DNA from: an uncultured archaeon
GTDB taxonomy: Archaea; Iainarchaeota; Iainarchaeia; Iainarchaeales; CSSED10-239
Assembly: GCA_964463155.1 (NCBI GenBank)
Contig: CAYXAY010000034.1
Span: forward strand, 1 to 7,753
DNA: 7,753 nt
Direction: 5' to 3'
Position numbers and translations under genes: made by a program. Positions 1-5,816 of this stretch are shown here, in pieces; position 1 is the stretch's first letter, and each line of letters starts with the position of its first letter. The notes under the pieces are model-generated. The model made no database searches and was not told the origin of the DNA. It saw only the letters and a list, made by a program, of their open reading frames with translations.

Positions 1-69
1 GTAAGGTATGCCGGATGTGACTATGCTTTGCTTACAACCTTCACAATGTAAAATCGCACCAACTGTCAT
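1..69 (-). CDS. hypothetical protein; only the first 23 codons (MTVGAILHCEGCKQSIVTSGIPY...) are present and the gene runs off the left edge
   Basis: Minus-strand ATG at 69..67 is preceded by GAGGGGG (plus coordinates 75..81) with a 5-nt spacer. An A/T-rich TTTAAAAG-like box lies further upstream on the minus strand (~112..123). The frame stays open to the window edge. The fragment is too short for any homology call. A plus-strand reading (...VRYAGCDYALLTTFTM*, stop 49..51) cannot be excluded. Confidence 0.35.
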   Translation of the reverse strand, partial: MTVGAILHCEGCKQSIVTSGIPY

Positions 70-322
70 ATATACCCCCTCACTATTGGTATATATCTAC
101 TTAGAGAGATAGGGCTTTTAAACTGATTGTTTAGTGACATTTTGTAGGTTCTGCTATTTATTTAAAAACAAAATGTAAGATATATATTATTATTTAACCT
201 AAATAAAAACCATTAAAACTGAAAACCTGGAAAAATAGTTTAAAAATATTTATTCGGCATTCATCAGCACATTAATGTGTAGTATTCTGCCGAGGATTTA
301 ATCAGATAAAAAATTTGAAAAA

Positions 323-738
323 GTGTTTGAAATCATAGAAGATAAAGATTTTGTAAAGAAACAAAATATTTTTTATGATGGGCAGATCTTTGATGCATAT
401 AAGTTTGTTAATGATATCTTAAAGAAAGCAAAGAGGTCAATAATCTTGATTGACAATTACATAGATGAATCTGTTTTAACTCTTTTCTCAGAAAAAACAT
501 CAAGATTACAATATACACAGAAAACCTAACAGAAAAACTAAAACTTGACCTTGAGAAATACAATCAACAATATAACCCTATAGAAATAAAGAAACTAACT
601 AAATGTCACGACAGATTCTTGATTATTGACAATAAGGAAATCTTTCATTTTGGAGCATCTTTTAAAGATCTTGGAAAGAAAGGGTTTGCTTTCTCAAAAA
701 TGAACAAAAAATCTTTAGAAATTATTAAGAAACTATAG
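323..738 (+). pseudogene. remnant of an ORF6N-family protein (C-terminal domain only), N-terminally truncated and frameshifted
   Basis: Frame 2 (323..529) reads ...IFYDGQIFDAYKFVNDILKKAKRSIILIDNYIDESVLTLFSEK. Frame 1 continues KNIKITIYTENLTEKLKLDLEKYNQQYNPIEIKKLTKCHDRFLIIDNKEIFHFGASFKDLGKKGFAFSKMNKKSLEIIKKL*, with its stop at 736..738. From memory, the two halves together reproduce the conserved C-terminal module of proteins annotated as ORF6N domain-containing (IDNYIDESVLTLL...IYT...HDRFLIID...GAS.KDLGKK.FAFSK). The join is in the A6 run 492..497; A7 would restore the frame. The ~100-aa N-terminal ORF6N/DNA-binding domain is missing. Confidence 0.75.
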
Positions 739-754
739 AAAAAGAAAAAAAGAG

Positions 755-781
755 GATAGATGTGAAGTCTATCTATCTTTT
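755..781. terminator. hairpin between the convergent ORF6N remnant and ftsZ, flanked by an A-run on one side and a T-run on the other (likely bidirectional terminator)
   Basis: gatagat (755..761) pairs with atctatc (771..777) around a 9-nt loop. It is followed by cttttg on the plus strand and preceded by gaaaaagaaaaaaag, which gives a T-run on the minus strand just downstream of the ftsZ stop. Confidence 0.5.
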
Positions 782-793
782 GTGATTTCTCAC

Positions 794-1891
794 TTATAAC
801 ATGTCTATTCCGAAATCGTCGTGGTATCTTCCTGATCTCCCACCGTGTGCTGGCTGAGCGCCACCAGTAAATTTCTTACTTCCTTTTATGAATGGGGACT
901 TTACGCCTGTAAAGATTGCGATTACTTCTAACTTGTTCTCGAATGTTGGATCAATTCTAGCACCCCAAATAACTTGCGCATTAGGATCAATTTGCTCTGT
1001 TAACATTTCACCAACAGCGTTTGCTTCACCTAATGTTAATTCAGTTCCACCTGTGATGTGTATTAAACATCCTGTTGCTCCTGTAATGTCAACATCAAGT
1101 AATGCGTTCTTTAAAGTATCTTCAACTACTTCGTCAACTTTGTTTACAGACTGTGATTCACCAACAGCAATAACAGATAATCCTTTGCCGCCCATTACTG
1201 TTCTAATGTCTGCGTAGTCCAAGTTGATTAATGATGGTTGAGTTATTGTTTCAGTTATTCCTCTTACTGCTCTTGCGATTACTTCATCAGCAACCTTGAA
1301 TGCGTCTTGTACTGGCAAGTTTGGAACTAATTCAACTAATCTGTTGTTATCGATAACAACAACTGTATCGCAAATATCCTTTAAGATGTCTATTCCTTCT
1401 TCAGCTTTCTTCATTCTTGCTCTCTCTAAAGCGAAAGGGTATGTAACAATTGCAACAACGATTGCACCTTGTTGTTTAGCTATTTGAGCAACTACTGGAG
1501 CAGCACCTGTACCTGTTCCACCGCCCATACCAGCTGTAATGAATAATAGATCAACACCGTCTAGAATTTCTTCTAAAGCAGCCTTTGAGACTTCTGCAGC
1601 CTTTGCACCAACTTCTGGGTAAGCACCTGCACCTAGTCCATTTGTAACTGATTTTCCTATTAATAGCTTTGTAATATCATCTGAGATAATACCTAAGTGA
1701 GCTCTGTCTGTGTTAACAGCTATTAATTCAGCTCCTGCAACACCCATTGCTGAGATTCTGTTTACGGAGTTGTTACCTGCACCACCAACACCTATTACCA
1801 TAATCTTTGGTGCTGCAAATTCTCCGTCTTTTGAGTAGTCAGCGTGTGAACTTTCTTTTGCGCTAACTGCGTTATTTACTAATGACTTCAT
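794..1891 (-). CDS. ftsZ: cell division GTPase FtsZ (archaeal FtsZ1-like)
   Basis: The 365-aa ORF carries the N-terminal GVGGAGNN nucleotide-binding loop and the tubulin signature GGGTGTG ([19 protein letters not shown]). It also has [15 protein letters not shown] and [19 protein letters not shown]...[10 protein letters not shown] blocks that closely resemble archaeal FtsZ1 as I recall it (e.g. Methanocaldococcus). GAGGTG (plus coordinates 1900..1905) lies 8 nt upstream of the ATG. The tail is Gly/Arg-rich and ends DDFGIDML, which plausibly is the partner-binding C-terminal peptide. Confidence 0.97.
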   Translation of the reverse strand: MKSLVNNAVSAKESSHADYSKDGEFAAPKIMVIGVGGAGNNSVNRISAMGVAGAELIAVNTDRAHLGIISDDITKLLIGKSVTNGLGAGAYPEVGAKAAEVSKAALEEILDGVDLLFITAGMGGGTGTGAAPVVAQIAKQQGAIVVAIVTYPFALERARMKKAEEGIDILKDICDTVVVIDNNRLVELVPNLPVQDAFKVADEVIARAVRGITETITQPSLINLDYADIRTVMGGKGLSVIAVGESQSVNKVDEVVEDTLKNALLDVDITGATGCLIHITGGTELTLGEANAVGEMLTEQIDPNAQVIWGARIDPTFENKLEVIAIFTGVKSPFIKGSKKFTGGAQPAHGGRSGRYHDDFGIDML

Positions 1892-2079
1892 GTTTTTTAC
1901 ACCTCATTTTTTCTTTTTCCACAATAGAACTTCTCAAACAGAAATTCATTTAAAAGAATAAAAAGAGCAATAATTACGCTCCATTTGCTTTATTCTTGGA
2001 AAAATACATTTAAATTATATTTATATGAACCAAACGGTTTATAAACACTACTTTTTAGAAAAAGAGAAAATCAAAAAAA

Positions 2080-2350
2080 CAAGTATGGACACCTAAAGTT
2101 CGAAAAACAGTTTAATACTTTGTAGAACCTCATAAGATCTCGAGTTCGCAACCCAATATGCAATGGGTGTCAAGAATACTGCTGCTCCATTCCTGGCCTC
2201 ACAGGGTTAGCTAAATCATCCACTCTTACTGGACGAACTGTCGGCAACCTTACAAAGTGCAAAATATTGCTTATTTCCCTCGCTCTAGGCAATAGCCCCA
2301 GCGTATGCGGATTTCTGGTTACAAGAGACCGCAAGCCCCCCGACCTGTCC
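2080..2350 (-). ncRNA. signal recognition particle RNA (7S/SRP RNA), long form with an Alu-like 5' domain
   Basis: This is an island of visibly higher GC in an AT-rich window. The minus-strand RNA contains the helix-8 core GUGAGG-CCA-GGAA-UGG-AGCAGC: a GNAR tetraloop GGAA (plus coordinates 2190..2193) closed by CCA/UGG, with the AGG/AGCA symmetric loop. Compare E. coli CAGGUCCGGAAGGAAGCAGC and human CAGGUCGGAAACGGAGCAGG. A UGUAACCAG element near the 5' end resembles the Alu-domain UGUAAUCCCAGC. Long-range helix-5 pairings are 2283..2289 with 2092..2098 (7 bp), 2251..2258 with 2117..2124 (8 bp perfect) and 2234..2239 with 2143..2148 (6 bp). The 5' GGACA (2346..2350) pairs with UGUCC (2087..2091). 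A TATA box sits ~25 nt upstream and a T7 run (plus coordinates 2073..2079) lies just past the 3' end. Ends are approximate to about 10 nt. An internal T5 (2103..2107) is an alternative 3' end. Confidence 0.85.
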
Positions 2351-2372
2351 AATATATTTAAGTAGGAAAGTC

Positions 2373-2380
2373 TTTATATA
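2373..2380 (-). promoter_or_regulatory. TATA box for the SRP RNA gene
   Basis: The minus strand reads CCTATATAAAG. The box sits ~23-27 nt upstream of the GGACAGG predicted 5' end at ~2350, which is the typical archaeal TATA-to-start spacing. Confidence 0.55.
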
Positions 2381-2634
2381 GGTATTCTTTTCTTGAATTC
2401 CCTTCAAAATCCCCTCAAAAATAAGAAAAGAGTTATTTGCACTCTAATCTTAAAATTGGGCGTTATTCTGTGGCGAAACTTAGCTGGTTTTTGACTAGTT
2501 TTAATCAAAAATAACCAAAAGGCACTTATTTATAATACCTTCACTATAGAAATATAATAGTAAATATGTATAACTAGAAGATTTCAAGAATATTGGTTCT
2601 TCATACATATAATTTAGTATCGGAGGAAAAAAGT

Positions 2635-2823
2635 ATGAGTGATGACTACAGAGGTCCAAGAAACAACAACAGAGGAAATTTCCATAGAAACCAGGGACCT
2701 AGAGAAATGCATAAAACAGTTTGTTCAAAATGTAATAAAGAATGCGAAGTTCCATTCAAACCAATTGAAGGCAAACCAGTTTATTGTAGAGATTGTTATA
2801 TGAGTATGAAGAATAGTCAATAA
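2635..2823 (+). CDS. small CxxC-x17-CxxC zinc-ribbon protein (62 aa) with an Arg/Asn/Gly-rich N-terminal tail; function unknown
   Basis: ATG 2635 has GGAGG (2622..2626) 8 nt upstream. I prefer it over the upstream TTG at 2593 used by the ORF track. The sequence is MSDDYRGPRNNNRGNFHRNQGPREMHKTVCSKCNKECEVPFKPIEGKPVYCRDCYMSMKNSQ. There are exactly 17 residues between CSKC and CRDC, plus the EVPFKP...KPVYC core typical of the family annotated as CxxC-x17-CxxC domain. T-rich tracts follow the stop. Confidence 0.8.
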   Translation: MSDDYRGPRNNNRGNFHRNQGPREMHKTVCSKCNKECEVPFKPIEGKPVYCRDCYMSMKNSQ

Positions 2824-2960
2824 AGTAACAATATTTTTTGAAAATCTTTTCTTTCCCCTTTTTTCTTTCCCTTTTTTTTAGCCGGTTATGCTCAGACTCG
2901 CATGCAATTTTTTCTTCTTTCTATAAGACCTTTTATATTTATTTTGATTATAACATAAAT

Positions 2961-3044
2961 GTGGTTAAACCTTTTGTTAAATGGGCTGGCGGAAAGAACC
3001 ATTTATTAAAGGAAATAATAAAATGGAATAGCAAAAGAGTTTGA
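2961..3044 (+). pseudogene. 5' fragment (~28 codons) of a D12-class (Dam-like) N6-adenine DNA methyltransferase
   Basis: From GTG 2961 the sequence reads VVKPFVKWAGGKNHLLKEIIKWNSKRV*. KPF(L/V)KWAGGK..LL..I is the hallmark N-terminus of Dam/DpnM-type enzymes. Nothing of the rest of such an enzyme follows. The part of track ORF 2838..3044 upstream of 2961 is a translation of a T-rich spacer. Confidence 0.7.
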
Positions 3045-3648
3045 ATTTACTTTTAATAGGATATATGAGTGCAGAAGAGTTCTAAAAGATATGGGCAGTA
3101 TATTGGTTTCTGGAACTATGCACAATATTTATCAAGTTGGTTATGCATTACAAATGCAAAATTATCAAATACTTAATGAAATTTATTGGTATAAACCTAA
3201 TACTCCATCAAATTTAAGTTGTAGATATTTTTCACACAGTCATGAAACTTTAATTTGGGCAAAAAAAAGATGCAAAACACAAATTCAATTATGAACTCAT
3301 AAAAAAATGGGAAGATAAGATAAGTGAATCATAAAAGCAAATGAGATGTGTTTGGAACATATCTTTAACTCCACAAAAAATTAGGAAAACACCTACTCAA
3401 AAACCACTGGAATTACTTAAAAGAATAATACTTTCAACAACCGATAAAGGAGATATAGTATTAGATCCATTTAATGGTTCTAGAACTACGGGAGTAGTAT
3501 CTAAAATGTATAATCGCCATATATAGGAATTGATTTAGATAAAACATATTTGGATTTAACTATAAAAAGAATTAAAGCTATTGACCCAAAAATAAAGCTA
3601 AACTATAACTATATTATTAACGAAACCACAAATGTTCAGTTAGGGTAA
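3031..3648 (+). pseudogene. decayed beta-class N4/N6 DNA methyltransferase (N6_N4_Mtase-like) lacking its N-terminal catalytic DPPY region
   Basis: Three frames stitch into family-typical blocks. The first is ...FNRIYECRRVLKDMGSILVSG...NEIYWYKPNTPSNLSCRYFSHSHETLIWAKK. After a frameshift in the A8 run 3261..3268 comes DAKHKFNYELIKKWEDKISES, then an in-frame TAA at 3332..3334. The next block is KQMRCVWNISL...TPTQKPLELLKRIILSTTDKGDIVLDPFNGSRTTGVVS. After a frameshift at ~3511..3522 comes YIGIDLDKTYLDLTIKRIKAI..., ending at the stop 3646..3648. Conserved HPTQKP has become TPTQKP, and the SAM-binding motif DPFxGSGTT has become DPFNGSRTT. Confidence 0.85.
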
Positions 3649-3707
3649 CAGCGACGGCAATTTCTGTTATTCTAACGCGATTTCTTGTTTATTTATATTT
3701 ATTTCTG

Positions 3708-3717
3708 TTTTATATAA
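3708..3717 (+). promoter_or_regulatory. candidate TATA box for thrS
   Basis: TTTTATATAA lies ~80 nt upstream of the thrS ATG. This is the only strong TATA-like element between the methyltransferase fossil and thrS. The transcription start itself is not determinable from sequence. Confidence 0.35.
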
Positions 3718-3797
3718 TATATTATATTGACCTTACCTAAAATTAACTCTGTGGTAATAGGGAAATTTGTGTGTCAACAAAACGGAGGAAGAGCGAA

Positions 3798-5720
3798 ATG
3801 AAAATAAATGTAAAGTTTCCTGATGGTAATGTTAAAGAAATAGAATCAGGAAAAAAAGCAAAAGATATAATCCTAGAAAATATAGGAGAAGGATTATTAA
3901 GAGCAGCAATTGCTGCAAAGATAGACGGGAAGTTGATAGGCTTAGAAACACCAATTACCACAACAACAGATTTTTTAGTAATAACTTATAAAGACAGAGA
4001 AGGTAAGGAAATCTTTTGGCATAGTTCTTCACATATCCTGGCTTTAGCTGTAAAAAGACTATTTCCAAACGTTAAGTTTGCTATAGGGCCTGCTATTAAT
4101 GAAGGCTTCTATTATGATTTTGATATTGATAGAGCCTTTACTGAAGAAGAACTACAAAAGATAGAAGAAGAAATAAATAAAATAATTAAAGAAGACATAA
4201 AGTTTGAAAGATATGAAGTAGATTATAATAAAGCCTTAGAGCTTTTCAAAGACCAGCCATACAAATTAGAAATGATAAATGAAATAAAAGACAAAAGCGA
4301 AAAGCTTTCCTACTATAAGCTTGGAGAATTTATTGATCTTTGCAGAGGCCCACACATCTCATCAAGTGGAAAGATAAAAGCTTTCAAAGTTCTAAAAGCA
4401 TCAGGAGCATACTGGAGAGCAGATGCAAAGAACAAACAACTTCAAAGAATCTATGGTGTGTCTTACAATTCAGCTACTGAACTAAAAGAATATCTAACAA
4501 GACTTGAAGAAGCAGCAAAAAGAGACCATAGAAAGATAGGAAGAGAACTTGATCTTTATAGTTTCCAAGAAGAAGCACCTGGTATGCCTTTCTTTCACAA
4601 GAAAGGAACAATCATCTGGAATAAATTAGTAGAATTTTTAACAGAAAAACTATATGAAAGAAATTACGAACTTTATAAAACTCCACTAATTCTAAACAAA
4701 TCTCTATGGTTAAAATCAGGACACTGGGATCACTATAAGAACAACATGTATTTTACAAGGATAGACGACCAAGACTTTGCTGTTAAACCAATGAACTGTC
4801 CTGGACATCTTTTAATCTACAAATCTCATCAATACTCTTATAGAGATTTACCACTTCGAGCAGGAGAGTTTGGTTTAGTTCATAGACATGAACTTTCTGG
4901 AGTGCTTTCTGGACTTTTTAGAGTTAGATGCTTTACTCAAGACGATGCTCATGTATTTTGTACAAGAGAACAAATGAAAGATGAGATTATTGATTTAATT
5001 AATTTAATGGACGAAGTATACTCTACATTTGGATTTAAGTACCATATGGAACTATCCACCAAACCAGCAAAAGCAATGGGCGATCCAGAGATGTGGACTT
5101 TAGCTGAAAATACTCTTAAAGAAGTTTTAGAATCCTTAAGTAAAGAATATCAGCTTAACCTAGGAGACGGAGCATTCTATGGACCAAAGATTGATTTCCA
5201 TTTAAAGGATGCAATAGGGAGACCTTGGCAATGTGGAACAATACAACTTGACTTTCAAATGCCAGAAAAGTTTAATCTAACTTACGAAGGACCAAACAAT
5301 GAAAAGATGAGACCAGTAATGATACACAGAGCAGTTCTTGGTAGTGTTGAAAGATTCCTTGGAATTTTGGTTGAAGAATATGAAGGAAAGTTTCCTTTGT
5401 GGCTATCTCCTGTCCAAGTAATTGTGCTTCCTATTGCTGATAGACACAATGATTATGCAAGAGCAGTAGCTGAAGTCCTAAAAGAAGCAGGTATTTTTGT
5501 TGATATTGATGACAATGCTTTAACAATGAACAAAAAGATAAGAACTGCTGAGCTTTCAAAGATAAATTACATTCTTGTTATCGGCGACATAGAAGAAAAT
5601 AATCAAACAGTTAATGTTAGAACAAGAGATAACGAGATTCTTGGAGAAATGAAAGTATCAGAATTAATCAAAGCATTAAACGAAGAAATCAAAGAAAAAA
5701 GAATTACAAGGAAAAAGTAG
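3798..5720 (+). CDS. thrS: threonine--tRNA ligase, bacterial/eukaryal-type architecture (TGS, N2 editing domain, class II core, anticodon-binding domain)
   Basis: ATG 3798 (MKINVKFPDG..., a typical TGS-domain start) has GGAGG (3784..3788) 9 nt upstream. The track's GVG start at 3771 adds 9 unlikely residues. Editing-domain motifs are HSSSHILALAVKRLFP (HxxxH) and DLCRGPH. The zinc/active-site motifs are KPMNCPGH, FTQDDAHVFC and PVMIHRAVLGSVERF, which correspond to E. coli Cys334, His385 and His511. Class II motif 2 is FRVRCFTQDD. The product is 640 aa. Confidence 0.97.
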   Translation: MKINVKFPDGNVKEIESGKKAKDIILENIGEGLLRAAIAAKIDGKLIGLETPITTTTDFLVITYKDREGKEIFWHSSSHILALAVKRLFPNVKFAIGPAINEGFYYDFDIDRAFTEEELQKIEEEINKIIKEDIKFERYEVDYNKALELFKDQPYKLEMINEIKDKSEKLSYYKLGEFIDLCRGPHISSSGKIKAFKVLKASGAYWRADAKNKQLQRIYGVSYNSATELKEYLTRLEEAAKRDHRKIGRELDLYSFQEEAPGMPFFHKKGTIIWNKLVEFLTEKLYERNYELYKTPLILNKSLWLKSGHWDHYKNNMYFTRIDDQDFAVKPMNCPGHLLIYKSHQYSYRDLPLRAGEFGLVHRHELSGVLSGLFRVRCFTQDDAHVFCTREQMKDEIIDLINLMDEVYSTFGFKYHMELSTKPAKAMGDPEMWTLAENTLKEVLESLSKEYQLNLGDGAFYGPKIDFHLKDAIGRPWQCGTIQLDFQMPEKFNLTYEGPNNEKMRPVMIHRAVLGSVERFLGILVEEYEGKFPLWLSPVQVIVLPIADRHNDYARAVAEVLKEAGIFVDIDDNALTMNKKIRTAELSKINYILVIGDIEENNQTVNVRTRDNEILGEMKVSELIKALNEEIKEKRITRKK

Positions 5721-5759
5721 AACTTTTTTCTGTTCTTCTTTTTTGATAAAAAGAATTTC

Positions 5760-5788
5760 AAGAAAGAAGTAACTCTTCTTTCTTTTTT
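5760..5788 (+). terminator. perfect 10-bp hairpin followed by a T-run downstream of thrS
   Basis: aagaaagaag (5760..5769) pairs perfectly with cttctttctt (5775..5784) around the loop taact. The 3' arm runs into TTTTTT (5783..5788). Two more T6 runs (5725..5730 and 5739..5744) lie directly after the thrS stop. Confidence 0.6.
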
Positions 5789-5816
5789 ATTTAAAAAACA
5801 GAAATATGGCGAAATT

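Noticed and set aside
1-51. Plus-strand reading ...VRYAGCDYALLTTFTM* as the 3' end of an upstream gene
   Set aside because: It cannot be excluded. However, there is no T-rich terminator after the stop, whereas the minus-strand reading has an ATG with a strong GAGGGGG site and an upstream A/T box. It is kept only as an alternative in the feature note.
137-176. 9-bp inverted repeat acattttgt / acaaaatgt in the 5' intergenic region
   Set aside because: Both arms are almost pure A/T in a very AT-rich spacer. It has no flanking T-run and no partner element, and there is nothing to tie it to a gene boundary. It is compatible with chance.
888-1487. Two plus-strand ORFs (888..1217 and 1296..1487) antisense to ftsZ
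   Set aside because: These are shadow ORFs opposite a strongly supported gene. Their peptides are low-complexity (Ser/Thr/Ile-rich), they have no ribosome-binding sites, and they resemble nothing I recognise.
2170-2352. 60-aa minus-strand ORF (MDRSGGLRSLVTRNPHTLG...)
   Set aside because: It lies entirely inside the SRP RNA gene. It has no Shine-Dalgarno, its Arg/Gly/Pro/Leu-rich composition simply reflects the GC-rich structured RNA, and its ATG sits at the predicted RNA 5' end.
2593-2634. Upstream TTG start for the zinc-ribbon ORF, and likewise the GTG 3771 start for thrS
   Set aside because: In both cases an in-frame ATG with a GGAGG 8-9 nt upstream (2635 and 3798) gives a protein that begins where homologues begin. 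The extensions would place the Shine-Dalgarno inside the coding sequence.
2838-2960. N-terminal two-thirds of track ORF 2838..3044 (MKIFSFPFFLSLFFSRLCS...)
   Set aside because: This is a translation of the polypyrimidine and T-run spacer downstream of the zinc-ribbon gene (ttctttccc repeated, long T-runs). Only the part from GTG 2961 onward (KPFVKWAGGK) looks like real, formerly coding sequence.
3031-3648. Phase-variable (poly-A switched) DNA methyltransferase
   Set aside because: The A8 tract suggested an on/off switch. However, the gene also has an in-frame TAA, a second frameshift outside a repeat, a missing catalytic N-terminus and a G-to-R change in the SAM-binding motif. No single slippage event can restore function.
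3649-3797. T-box or other riboswitch leader upstream of thrS
   Set aside because: The leader is short and almost unstructured A/T. It has no specifier or antiterminator-like helices and no T-box consensus, and T-boxes are not expected in archaea.
3743-3961. 72-aa minus-strand ORF overlapping the thrS start
   Set aside because: It is antisense to the TGS domain of thrS and shows no start context. It is a typical AT-rich shadow ORF. The same reasoning applies to 5603..5839 (opposite the thrS 3' end and terminator) and 7132..7395 (opposite aspS).
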